Source: Candidatus Falkowbacteria bacterium RIFCSPLOWO2_02_FULL_45_15 (GTDB lineage: Bacteria > Patescibacteriota > Patescibacteriia > Patescibacteriales > XYC2-FULL-47-12). Taken from it: a stretch of DNA of 33,517 nt. The stretch spans positions 26,419 to 59,935 of the forward strand of contig MFFV01000027.1 of the NCBI GenBank assembly GCA_001777995.1. The letters are read 5' to 3'. Position numbers and translations under genes: made by a program. The notes beneath the pieces are model-generated. The model worked only from the letters and a program-made list of their open reading frames with translations, was not told where the DNA came from and did not search any database. This document shows positions 16,430-24,661 of this stretch, one piece after another. Within the stretch, counting starts at the first letter, position 1. Each line of letters starts with the position of its first letter.

Positions 16430-17134
16430 TTAGACTTTTTTTCTTCGTATATGCCAAGGCGCCAATAATCCTTCCTTAATAATGTGGCGGGATATTTTTG
16501 ATTTTCCCTCCGTACGGTTCTTAAAAAGAATGGGCACTTCGGTGATGCGCGCGCCGGATTTCCACAGGAGGTATTTTAGCTCAATTAAAAATGCGTACCC
16601 TGACATATCAAGATCGTCTAAATTTATTTTTCTAAAGGCGACTGCTCGCATCGCATTAAAACCGCTTGTGCAATCGCGTACCGGCAAACCGATAACCCAT
16701 CGCGCGTACCGGTTGCCGTACCGGCTCAAAAAACGCCGCCATGTTTCCCAGCCTTCGATACTGCCATCCAGTGCGTATCGGGAGCCGACGGCCACATCAA
16801 AATATTTCAATGTTTCCAATAATTTTGGTATATACTTCGGGCTATGTGAAAAATCAGCGTCCATCATAATTATATGTTCCACCTCGGAATCGCGCAGCAC
16901 GTTCTCAAATGCCTGTACGTATGCTTTGCGCAAGCCCTCTTTTTTTTCCCTCAACAAAAGCGTTAAACCAGGAAACCGACGGCTAAGCTCGCGCACTGCT
17001 TCGTAAGTTTTGTCAGGCGAATTATCGTCCACGACCATAATATGTATGTCTGGAGCGGTAGAAAAAATTTCTTCAATCAGGGGGACAATATTCTTTCTTT
17101 CATTGTAGGTTGGAATAATAACTACATTCTTCAT
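16430..17134 (-). CDS. GT2 polyprenyl-phosphate mannose/hexose synthase (Dpm1/Ppm1-like)
   Basis: 234-aa ORF with VVIIPTYNERKNIVPLIEEI, VVDDNSPDKT, MDADFSHSPKYIP and SGFNAMR, a close match to the DPM1/Ppm1 catalytic domain pattern. Its ATG directly abuts the TAA of the upstream GT4 gene (no spacer). Confidence 0.9.
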   Translation of the reverse strand: MKNVVIIPTYNERKNIVPLIEEIFSTAPDIHIMVVDDNSPDKTYEAVRELSRRFPGLTLLLREKKEGLRKAYVQAFENVLRDSEVEHIIMMDADFSHSPKYIPKLLETLKYFDVAVGSRYALDGSIEGWETWRRFLSRYGNRYARWVIGLPVRDCTSGFNAMRAVAFRKINLDDLDMSGYAFLIELKYLLWKSGARITEVPILFKNRTEGKSKISRHIIKEGLLAPWHIRRKKV

Positions 17135-18250
17135 TTATTTGCTTATAAAATCTATGATGCGCCGCGCGCGCTTTTGCCACGTATACTGCGTGACGTCGCG
17201 ACGCGCTTGTTGCGACACGCTGATAGCTCTTTGGCCATCATCCAAAACTTCTTTCAAGCCATTGGCTAACTCCCGCGCGTCATTAGGTTTTACCAACCAG
17301 GCATTTTTTTTATTTAAAATTTCCCTCAACGAAGGAAGATTAGAGGCGACAATCGGCCGGCCGGATGCCATATATTCAAATAATTTTAAGGGCGAGGTGT
17401 ACTTTTCCGAATGGGCTTCGCCGGACGTGTTTGGCAATACTAAAATATCGGCCGCTTGCAGATAATCAGGGATTTCCTGATAAGGTCTTCGGCCAATAAA
17501 TATTATATTCGTTGCCTTAGCTTTTTGCTTTAACGGCTCTATTTCAGAATTGGTGCCGCCAACTAAAACTATTTTTACGTCTGGGGATAGGTAGCTCGCG
17601 GCCGCTAACAATACATCCACCCCTTTCCAGCCATATAGATAAAGACTGCCGGCATACATAACTATTTTTTTATCAAGCGGTAAACGCAATTTTTTTCTAA
17701 CTTCATTGACCTTAACGCTTGGCGAAAATTGTTCTAAATCAACTCCGTCCGGAGCTACCATTATTTTAGTTTTAATTTTATTCTCTTCTAAAATAGTTTT
17801 CATTATATCGGTTAATACTATCAGCCTGGCGGCTTTTTGCCAGATGTTAATATGAAAATTTTTTAGGCGTTGCGGGATGACATGGAGCTCTAGAATAAAA
17901 TTTTTAAAAAAAAATCCGGCTAAAGTCTCGCGCGTATATATAATATCGTATTGCTTAAATAATAAATAAAATTTAGCCGAAATAAAAAAACTGAATTTTT
18001 CCAGCAAAAAAATAAATTTGCCGGCTCCCAGCGGCATTAAATCAACGCACGGCAATCTGGTAATTTTAAATTTTTGCCGCACGTTGTAGTAGGCAAAAGG
18101 ATCTTTTTTTATTTTATTAAAACGACGAGGCACTACCAACTCCACCGCTAAACCGGTTTTGGCAAAAGCCTCGCACATCTTCATTATTTGGATACCATGC
18201 GCCCAGTCGGTAGGCAGTCGAGTATTGGATAGATACATTAACTTCATCAT
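17135..18250 (-). CDS. GT4-family (GT-B fold, Glycos_transf_1) glycosyltransferase
   Basis: 371-aa ORF with the C-terminal EX7E-type region GEAHSEKYTSPLKLFEYMASGRPIVASN and VMYAGSLYLYGWKGVDVLL. Its start overlaps the upstream stop (ATGA). Confidence 0.85.
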   Translation of the reverse strand: MMKLMYLSNTRLPTDWAHGIQIMKMCEAFAKTGLAVELVVPRRFNKIKKDPFAYYNVRQKFKITRLPCVDLMPLGAGKFIFLLEKFSFFISAKFYLLFKQYDIIYTRETLAGFFFKNFILELHVIPQRLKNFHINIWQKAARLIVLTDIMKTILEENKIKTKIMVAPDGVDLEQFSPSVKVNEVRKKLRLPLDKKIVMYAGSLYLYGWKGVDVLLAAASYLSPDVKIVLVGGTNSEIEPLKQKAKATNIIFIGRRPYQEIPDYLQAADILVLPNTSGEAHSEKYTSPLKLFEYMASGRPIVASNLPSLREILNKKNAWLVKPNDARELANGLKEVLDDGQRAISVSQQARRDVTQYTWQKRARRIIDFISK

Positions 18251-18972
18251 TGCTTATTTTTTTGAGCAAAATTAAAAATATTGCTGTCAATTTTTTGTTG
18301 TATTAATTCCGGTATTTTATCCGGCAAAAAAATGTTAACTCCCTTATCTTGTAAAATTTTAAAAAATTTATCTTCTATTTTGCGTCCAAACTCCCGCTCT
18401 TTGTCAAAATAGCGACCGCCAAGCGCTTGAGTAAATTTAGGGTCTTCGTTTAACTGCGGATCATGCTTTTCAGAGCCGTCTATCCGTTCTTGCAAGGTAA
18501 CAATGCTGCTGCCGGAACAAATATCATCAACATATAACTGCACTTCCTGTAAAAACATCCATTTCTTCTTAAACCACTCCGGGAAAAAATCAAAAGTTAG
18601 AGCCTTCATTTGCTCTTCATCGGGGTTAACGGCTTTTAAAAATTGTTCAGCTTTTGCCCTTTCTTCTTTGTTAAAATCATTAGGAAACTTTTCCAACCGC
18701 TTAGCCCAATCATGGCAAGCCGCGACCTTCATCATCTTTTCTTTATCCTCTTCAGGGATGCCTAGCAGATCGCTAAAAGCATCGGCGGCGGCAATTTCAG
18801 TAAGACAATGCTCAACCACATTGCGCCAGCTATCTCTTCCCCACAATTTTCCGCCACGAAATAAAAGACGCATTTCTGGCAAATAGCTAAACGCTAAATG
18901 CTCAAAATATTTTCTCTTATTTTCTGGAAAAATTTCAAAATTACTAGCATTGGCTATTATTTCTTGAATCAT
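18247..18972 (-). CDS. HD-domain superfamily protein (metal-dependent phosphohydrolase-like), function unknown
   Basis: H...HD...D spacing is seen in VVEHCLTEI, AACHDWAKR and YVDDI. I chose the ATG at 18972-18970 (MIQEII...), 1 nt after the upstream TAA. The ORF-track start at 19122 would overlap the TylF-like gene by 149 nt. Confidence 0.5.
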   Translation of the reverse strand: MIQEIIANASNFEIFPENKRKYFEHLAFSYLPEMRLLFRGGKLWGRDSWRNVVEHCLTEIAAADAFSDLLGIPEEDKEKMMKVAACHDWAKRLEKFPNDFNKEERAKAEQFLKAVNPDEEQMKALTFDFFPEWFKKKWMFLQEVQLYVDDICSGSSIVTLQERIDGSEKHDPQLNEDPKFTQALGGRYFDKEREFGRKIEDKFFKILQDKGVNIFLPDKIPELIQQKIDSNIFNFAQKNKQ

Positions 18973-18973
18973 A

Positions 18974-19714
18974 TTAATTCTTATGCATAATAAATGAATT
19001 GCCTTTCCAATTAAATTTTTGGTATTCGGTTTCTCTAAGCTGCGGATTCCTTGCCAGCCATTCCGCAAAAGCTTTTTGTTCGCCTTTCGCTGGATCGCCC
19101 TTAAAACAGAACCAATCGTCAAAAATTAAAATAGTGCCGTCCTCAACATAATCAGTAATAAAATTTAAAACCGACACGGCCGAATCATAAAGGTCGGAGT
19201 CAATAAAAATAATTGCGGCTGATTTTATGCCTAAGCTTTGCTTAGTCTCATTGTTTAAAATTTTATCGTACCATCCTTTTGTGGTTATTACTTTATTTAA
19301 ATCAACTCCTCTGCCAGCAATGATTTTTTTAAACTCGTCCTCGCTGCATGAGTACTGGCCTTTAGTAAATTCTCCGGTTGCCTTATCTTCAGCGCTCGTT
19401 ATCTCCGGCAAGCCGGCAAAAGAATCAAAGGCATAAAATTTCATGCCTTTAAGCCGGTTGCTGTTTTTACTAATCCATTTCCAAATGTTAAAGGCCCGGG
19501 CAAAAGAACGGCCCTTCCAAACGCCAAATTCCAAATAGTCTCCTGCTAAGTTTGCGTGCGCTGCAAACTCCAGCGCATTTTTTAGCATAATTTCGTCTGG
19601 ATGGGCATTAATGACATCAGAAAAAATAAGTTTATTTCGCACCCAAGGATGGTTCAAAAATAACTTTAACGGAGTGGTGATAATGGCGCCCACTTTTATT
19701 AAGATGGTTTTCAT
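18974..19714 (-). CDS. TylF/MycF-family (macrocin O-methyltransferase-like) SAM-dependent sugar O-methyltransferase
   Basis: 246-aa ORF with GDYLEFGVWKGRSF, FYAFDSFAGLPE, TKGWYDKIL and AAIIFIDSDLYDSAVSVLNFI..DGTILIFDDW, matching the TylF family pattern including the metal-binding D.D..Y.S region. ATGA overlap with the upstream gene. Confidence 0.8.
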   Translation of the reverse strand: MKTILIKVGAIITTPLKLFLNHPWVRNKLIFSDVINAHPDEIMLKNALEFAAHANLAGDYLEFGVWKGRSFARAFNIWKWISKNSNRLKGMKFYAFDSFAGLPEITSAEDKATGEFTKGQYSCSEDEFKKIIAGRGVDLNKVITTKGWYDKILNNETKQSLGIKSAAIIFIDSDLYDSAVSVLNFITDYVEDGTILIFDDWFCFKGDPAKGEQKAFAEWLARNPQLRETEYQKFNWKGNSFIMHKN

Positions 19715-20805
19715 AGCGCTCCCTTTACTTTTTTTATAATATAGCCCTGCTGCTCCATTGTCAGGGCGGGGTAAAGCGGCAAAGTAATAGTTGAAAAACC
19801 AAGTTTTTCGGCAATGGGAAAATCGCCTCTCTGATAATTAAATTGCTTGCGGTAATACGGTTCCAAATGGATGGGGTCGTAATGAATTGAGGTGTCAATG
19901 CCGGCTTTAGCTAAAAATTTTCTGATTTTATCTCTTTTTTTAGGATCAATCCAAACCACAAACATGTGGCAGGCGTGCTTCGTGCGAGGCGCAATTTTAG
20001 GAAAATCAACTCCCATCCCACTGAAGGCTTTAGCATATCTTTGAAACAATAAATTTCTTTTTTGGTGCTGTTGCTCTATTCTTTTCAACTGACTAAGCAG
20101 CATCGCGGCTTGAAACTCGGTAGCATCGTATTTATAACCAAGCTCGAACATATGCCTCTTTCCATTGACATTACGCACGCCGTCTCTTCGCAATAACTCG
20201 GCCCTTTGAGCGTAACCGCCATTACTCGTTACTAAAGCGCCCCCCTGCCCCGAGGTAATGTTTTTTGCCACATGAAAGCTCAAAGCGGCGCTGAAACTTA
20301 ATTGCCCCGGGCGAACGCCATCTCTTTGCGCCTCAATGGCATGGGCGGCATCTTCAATAATAATTAAATTATGTTTAGTCGCTATTTTTTTTAACTTCTT
20401 CATATCAACCATCTGCCCGTAAAGATGCACCGGTAAAATAATCTTGGTTTTCTTAGTTATTTTTGCCGCAACTTTATTTAAATCTAATAAGCCGGTTTCG
20501 GCGTTAACATCAACAAAAACCGGAACTGCCCGCTGGTATAAAATAACGTTACTGGTAGCTACATAAGAGAGAGGCGTGGTAATCACCTCATCCCCCTCTT
20601 GCACTCCGGCCATAATTAACGACAAATGCAAAGCGGCGGTGGCGCTGCTGGTCATTACCGCGTGTTTTATTTGCAGGTAGCGAGCTAATTTACTTTCAAA
20701 TTCTTCGGTTACTTTTCCGGGCGCAAACCAACCCGACCGAATAATTTTATTCATGACCTTGATGTCTTGATTGGTTATGGCTGGTTTTAAAAAGCCTATT
20801 TTCAT
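19711..20805 (-). CDS. DegT-family nucleotide-sugar aminotransferase (ArnB/PseC/PglE-like)
   Basis: 364-aa ORF with VMTSSATAALHLSLIMAGVQEGDEVITTPLSYVATSN, IIEDAAHA and PLP-lysine motif LSFHVAKNITSGQGG. Confidence 0.9.
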   Translation of the reverse strand: MKIGFLKPAITNQDIKVMNKIIRSGWFAPGKVTEEFESKLARYLQIKHAVMTSSATAALHLSLIMAGVQEGDEVITTPLSYVATSNVILYQRAVPVFVDVNAETGLLDLNKVAAKITKKTKIILPVHLYGQMVDMKKLKKIATKHNLIIIEDAAHAIEAQRDGVRPGQLSFSAALSFHVAKNITSGQGGALVTSNGGYAQRAELLRRDGVRNVNGKRHMFELGYKYDATEFQAAMLLSQLKRIEQQHQKRNLLFQRYAKAFSGMGVDFPKIAPRTKHACHMFVVWIDPKKRDKIRKFLAKAGIDTSIHYDPIHLEPYYRKQFNYQRGDFPIAEKLGFSTITLPLYPALTMEQQGYIIKKVKGAL

Positions 20806-20815
20806 AATATAGACT

Positions 20816-22114
20816 TTAATTTTTATTATTAATTAACTGCAAGGCCTCTTGATAAATCTGTTCGGCTGTTTTTTTAATATCAAATAAACGGCCGGCCTTT
20901 TCATTATTAGCCAAACGCATTTTGTCTTTTTCTTCAGCCGACAAATTAAAAACTGAAAGGATTGCCGAAGCCAGAGCTTTGCGGTCGTCAATCGGCGCCA
21001 AAAAACCGTTAATTCCTTCGGTAATAGCTTCGCCGATACCGCCAGCATTATAAGCGGCCACTGGCAGGCCGACAGACATTGCTTCTTTTAGGGCAAGGCC
21101 CATGCATTCCCGCGGCGTTACTGAAGGAAAGCAGAAACAATCTGAAGCGGCATACAACTGCGCCAAATCATCTTCTGATAAACCATGTAAAAAATTTATT
21201 TTATTCCGGGGAAACTTTAATTCAGCTATTTTTTGCTCTATCTCCTCCATGTTGCCCGTGCCGCATAAAACAAGGTGTATTTTATCTAAATAATCCGGCA
21301 ACTGTAGTAAGGCTTCAAATAATTGATCATGCCCTTTGCGCACTCGTAAAGCGCCAACGGCGGTAATTATAAATTTATCTTTGGGCAAACTAAATTTATT
21401 ACGCAACATTTTTTTATCACTCACAGAGCAGTAATGGTTAAAAACAGCAAAATCAACTCCGCTGTACACAATTTTTAAGCGGGAAGTGTCTCTGAGATAT
21501 TTCTTTGGACCTTGAGAACAATGCTCACTGGAAGATATAACTAAATCAACTTCATTCAACAGCTTGCGCCAGAGTTTGTGGTATCGGTCAGCAATATTTT
21601 CTCCGCCCTTGCCTAATTTATAAACAACTTCGGCTGAATTAATAAGAATAACTGGCAATTTATTTCTCCTCGCAATAATTAAGGAAACTAGGCTCTGGTA
21701 ACCAGCGGTTTCAGTAATAATAATATCCGGCCTAACTAGCTTGAGCTGCTTTTCTAGAAATACTCCACGACCAGCGCAAAATAAAGGGAGAAGCTGAAGT
21801 TTTGGCGATACTTTAATCTGAACCCAAAGTAACTTTAAAAATAACCAAGGGTTCCTTAAAAAATTTTTGCCGACAAAAAAAACTTTATCAAGCCGAGAAG
21901 GTTTAGTAAAAAAATCGTAAATGTAATTTACTTTAGCACCTAAATCATCTTCCTGTTCATGCCGATGATAAACATGCAAATACACTTCAGCGCTTCTTGA
22001 CCGCCAATGTTTAGCGTGCATTAGACAACGCTTCATAATTCCGCCGTAAGGGGGTGGTAAGCTATAACCATTATCGCCAGTAACAAAGATTATAGGATTT
22101 GTTGGATTTTCCAT
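20816..22114 (-). CDS. GT4-family (GT-B fold) glycosyltransferase
   Basis: 432-aa ORF. The C-terminal Glycos_transf_1 region has FIITAVGALRVRKGHDQL, CFCFPSVTPRECMGLALKEAMSVGLPVAAYNAGGIGEAI. Confidence 0.85.
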   Translation of the reverse strand: MENPTNPIIFVTGDNGYSLPPPYGGIMKRCLMHAKHWRSRSAEVYLHVYHRHEQEDDLGAKVNYIYDFFTKPSRLDKVFFVGKNFLRNPWLFLKLLWVQIKVSPKLQLLPLFCAGRGVFLEKQLKLVRPDIIITETAGYQSLVSLIIARRNKLPVILINSAEVVYKLGKGGENIADRYHKLWRKLLNEVDLVISSSEHCSQGPKKYLRDTSRLKIVYSGVDFAVFNHYCSVSDKKMLRNKFSLPKDKFIITAVGALRVRKGHDQLFEALLQLPDYLDKIHLVLCGTGNMEEIEQKIAELKFPRNKINFLHGLSEDDLAQLYAASDCFCFPSVTPRECMGLALKEAMSVGLPVAAYNAGGIGEAITEGINGFLAPIDDRKALASAILSVFNLSAEEKDKMRLANNEKAGRLFDIKKTAEQIYQEALQLINNKN

Positions 22115-22160
22115 AAAAAAGTTAACTATTATTAAATAATAATGCCACTAACTACTGCTG

Positions 22161-23912
22161 TCAATTATTAAATAAATTTTTATCCCCTGCCCGGCAATCA
22201 AACAAATAACCGTTTATTTTCTTACTCTGCGTTTGAAAAACAGTTCCACAGCTCTGCAAATACTTCCAGAATATAGAGTATTTATTAATTTCCGGAAAAT
22301 CAACTACGGTATAATATCCTTGATACTGTTGCATTTTTCGGCGGCTGGAATCCTCAAATAGCGGCTGAGTATAAAAACGTCCCCCGTGTTTGCCAGCCCT
22401 GTCTAGTTCATAGGTGCCAGTATCATTGTAAGTGGTGACTTTTCCTACATCATTATTATTAACTACCTCCTCAAATAAACTATTAGCAACTTTATCCGGG
22501 GAACCATATAACCAGCCGTAAGCCAATTCAGCGTTAAAGAATACACAATATATCAAGGCGGCTGTGAAAAACACGCTATTGGCTATAATTTTAAACTTAG
22601 CTGACTTATAGATGTCCCAAAAAACCATCGCTACTAAGGAAGTGAGCCAAAATAAAACAATAAACTTAACCGACATATAAAATCCTAACGGGCCGGAACC
22701 GCTGGAAAACGGCAACAGAAAACTAAAATCTAAATTTTTTATCTGTTCAAGGTAAGCGATTTTGGGCACGAGTGGCAGGATCTTATTATAAGATAAAGCC
22801 AGCCACGCCCCGAGCGGTAATAAAACTATGCCGCTGGCTATTAAATTTTTTGTTATGAAAGAACGCCCAGCTGAATTCTTTGCTTCATTAAACCAATGCG
22901 CTAACACATCTCCACCGATAAACACTAACGGTAAAATCAAAAACATCATGTAGCGGTCAATGGTGCGGTTGCTGAAATCAAACAGCACCAAATAAAAAAA
23001 CAACCCGGATATAATATACCATGCCCAAAATTCGTGCCGCCGCCCAAAATTTTTTAAGTTTAACAGCAACAACAAAAAAGGAGACAAAAGCAGTATGGCT
23101 TTGGTGACTAAAAATAAAACTTGGAAATAATTGCGGCTCGAAAAATTAAACCAGGAAAAATTTCTGGTATACTCCAAAAATCTGACCGGTGAAAGCGGCG
23201 GGTACAGCCAATGCAGTAGTAATAAAATTATGGTTAATGCGGCCAGTACGGCCAAACTGACATAAAACACCCGCGCGAACAAACGGCGGTTAATAGCTGC
23301 TTGGTAACGGTGTAAATAATAAAAAAATAATCCCGGCGCTATCAGAATAAAACTGATTTTTGATAGCAGCCCGCCCAAAATGGCTATACTAAAAATTATC
23401 AGCCAGCGGCGATTAGCAACGCTCTGATTAAAATTTGGCCAATCAATTTTAGCAAAACTCCAAAGCGTCAACAAAATCCAAAACGGCAAAATGGCGCCGT
23501 CAATATCAATCTGGATGGAGGCAATTACGCTGTAAGGAGCTATGGCAAATAACAATAGTGAGCATAAAGCTGCCTTGGGGCCATAGTGTTCGCGCGCGAT
23601 TGCAAAGATCAGCCAAAAGCAGGCGGCGGCGAACAACAATATCAGCCAGCGCAGATGATCATAACCAAACAACTCGCCAAAGTAATAGAAGGTGATCTCC
23701 GTTAGGGGCGGATGCACGCTTTCTCCCTGTAAACTAAAAACCGGATTAACTATGCGCGCCCATTTATGTTCATCCTGATGATAAATAAAATCAAGCAGCG
23801 GCAATCGGAATAGTAAAAATAAAACAAACAAGCCCAAGACGATGCTTATTTCTTTTTTGCCACTATTAACAAAGAAACTCCGAACGGATAAGAAATAATT
23901 TTTAATAGCCAT
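22161..23912 (-). CDS. GT-C fold glycosyltransferase, PMT_2 / ArnT-like (GT39/GT83-type)
   Basis: 583-aa ORF. The first periplasmic loop HQDEHKWA...VHPPLTEI, followed by LRWLILLF...IAREHYGPKAALCSLLLFAIAPYSVIASIQIDIDG, follows the ArnT/PMT_2 pattern (DE...hPPL...R...P....s....D). More than 10 hydrophobic helices and a polar C-terminal domain. The ATG start overlaps the upstream methyltransferase gene by 67 nt; a TTG at 23837 would remove the overlap. Confidence 0.8.
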   Translation of the reverse strand: MAIKNYFLSVRSFFVNSGKKEISIVLGLFVLFLLFRLPLLDFIYHQDEHKWARIVNPVFSLQGESVHPPLTEITFYYFGELFGYDHLRWLILLFAAACFWLIFAIAREHYGPKAALCSLLLFAIAPYSVIASIQIDIDGAILPFWILLTLWSFAKIDWPNFNQSVANRRWLIIFSIAILGGLLSKISFILIAPGLFFYYLHRYQAAINRRLFARVFYVSLAVLAALTIILLLLHWLYPPLSPVRFLEYTRNFSWFNFSSRNYFQVLFLVTKAILLLSPFLLLLLNLKNFGRRHEFWAWYIISGLFFYLVLFDFSNRTIDRYMMFLILPLVFIGGDVLAHWFNEAKNSAGRSFITKNLIASGIVLLPLGAWLALSYNKILPLVPKIAYLEQIKNLDFSFLLPFSSGSGPLGFYMSVKFIVLFWLTSLVAMVFWDIYKSAKFKIIANSVFFTAALIYCVFFNAELAYGWLYGSPDKVANSLFEEVVNNNDVGKVTTYNDTGTYELDRAGKHGGRFYTQPLFEDSSRRKMQQYQGYYTVVDFPEINKYSIFWKYLQSCGTVFQTQSKKINGYLFDCRAGDKNLFNN

Positions 23913-24577
23913 ATTTCCAATAAAAATATATTTTTGAGGACATAATTTATTAACTTATTGTTAATGTCAAAATCGGAACGACGGCGCAGCGGCATTATTT
24001 TAGCGGCCTGCCGTACTAAATAAATTAGCGGGAAAAGAAAAAAATTAAAGTAACCCACGCGCTCTATGCTAAAGCCGGCTGCTTGTATTTTAACTAATAA
24101 TTCCTTTTTTGTATACCGGCGAAAGTGATGGGAAATTTCGTCCTGCAGACCCCATAAAAACATAAAAGCGGGGACCGTAACGATGGCAATTCCGCCCGGT
24201 TTTAAAACTCTGCCTATTTCCCTGATAGCCAGTTTATCGTCCCGAATATGCTCCAAAGTATCAAGGCACAGCACGGCGTCAAATTGTCCATTTGGATAAT
24301 GTAACTGGGGCAAGACGCATACTGATAGCCCCCTTCTGCCCTGATTTTGCCCGTAACTGACGGCTTCCGCCGATATGTCGCAGCCGGCAGCGTCATATCC
24401 TGCCGCCTGCAGCTGCGCCACCAAAAAGCCGCTGTTGCAGCCGACATCAAGTATCACCGCTTTTTTGCCAGAGCCGTAATATTTTTTTAATAGCTGCCAG
24501 ATAAGCAATCGCCGGCCGACAAACCACCAATGTCTTTCTTCTACTTCTTGATAGGTTGTATGCAAAATTTCGTCCAT
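23846..24577 (-). CDS. Class I SAM-dependent methyltransferase (Methyltransf_23/11-like)
   Basis: 243-aa ORF with HWWFVGRR at the N-terminus, SAM motif ILDVGCNSGFL, GCDIS, FDAVLCLDTLEHI and LKPGGIAIV. Confidence 0.8.
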   Translation of the reverse strand: MDEILHTTYQEVEERHWWFVGRRLLIWQLLKKYYGSGKKAVILDVGCNSGFLVAQLQAAGYDAAGCDISAEAVSYGQNQGRRGLSVCVLPQLHYPNGQFDAVLCLDTLEHIRDDKLAIREIGRVLKPGGIAIVTVPAFMFLWGLQDEISHHFRRYTKKELLVKIQAAGFSIERVGYFNFFLFPLIYLVRQAAKIMPLRRRSDFDINNKLINYVLKNIFLLEIWLLKIISYPFGVSLLIVAKKK

Positions 24578-24597
24578 AGCTAAATATTGTCATTCTG

Positions 24598-24627
24598 GTT
24601 AGACTGGGTTTTAAAACCCAGTCTAAC
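24598..24627. repeat. 30-bp perfect palindrome (potential 13-bp stem / UUAA loop hairpin or dimeric protein binding site)
   Basis: GTTAGACTGGGTTTT|AAAACCCAGTCTAAC read directly from the sequence. It lies in the 84-bp gap between two minus-strand methyltransferase genes, 20 nt upstream of the ATG at 24577. No T-run follows on either strand. Confidence 0.9.
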
Positions 24628-24661
24628 TCAAGTCTATACAAGTAGCTCTACCTATTGCTGG

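Noticed and set aside
16482-17006. 174-aa plus-strand ORF
   Set aside because: It is antisense to the unmistakable Dpm1-like GT2 gene (16430-17134). The product is Arg/Ser/Pro-rich with no recognisable motif, so it is a shadow ORF.
18503-18886. 127-aa plus-strand ORF
   Set aside because: It is antisense to the HD-domain gene, Ser/Leu-rich, with no motif and no independent start context.
18973-19122. N-terminal extensions proposed by the ORF track for the HD gene; the same issue applies at 29661-29717 for the GT-C gene and at 31424-31486 for the YdjC gene
   Set aside because: Each extension overlaps the well-supported 3' end of the upstream gene by 50-150 nt. In each case an in-frame ATG sits 1-13 nt after the upstream stop and coincides with the typical family N-terminus (for example MLKIIADDFG for YdjC).
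22117-22131. AT-only 15-bp palindrome (TATTATT-A-AATAATA) upstream of the GT4 gene
   Set aside because: It is composed only of A/T in an AT-rich spacer. Such symmetry is expected by chance and has negligible stem stability.
24578-24661. 84-bp gap considered as a tRNA or small RNA gene
   Set aside because: There is no T-loop (GTTCRANYC) or D-loop consensus and no cloverleaf. The only structure is the single perfect palindrome reported as a finding.
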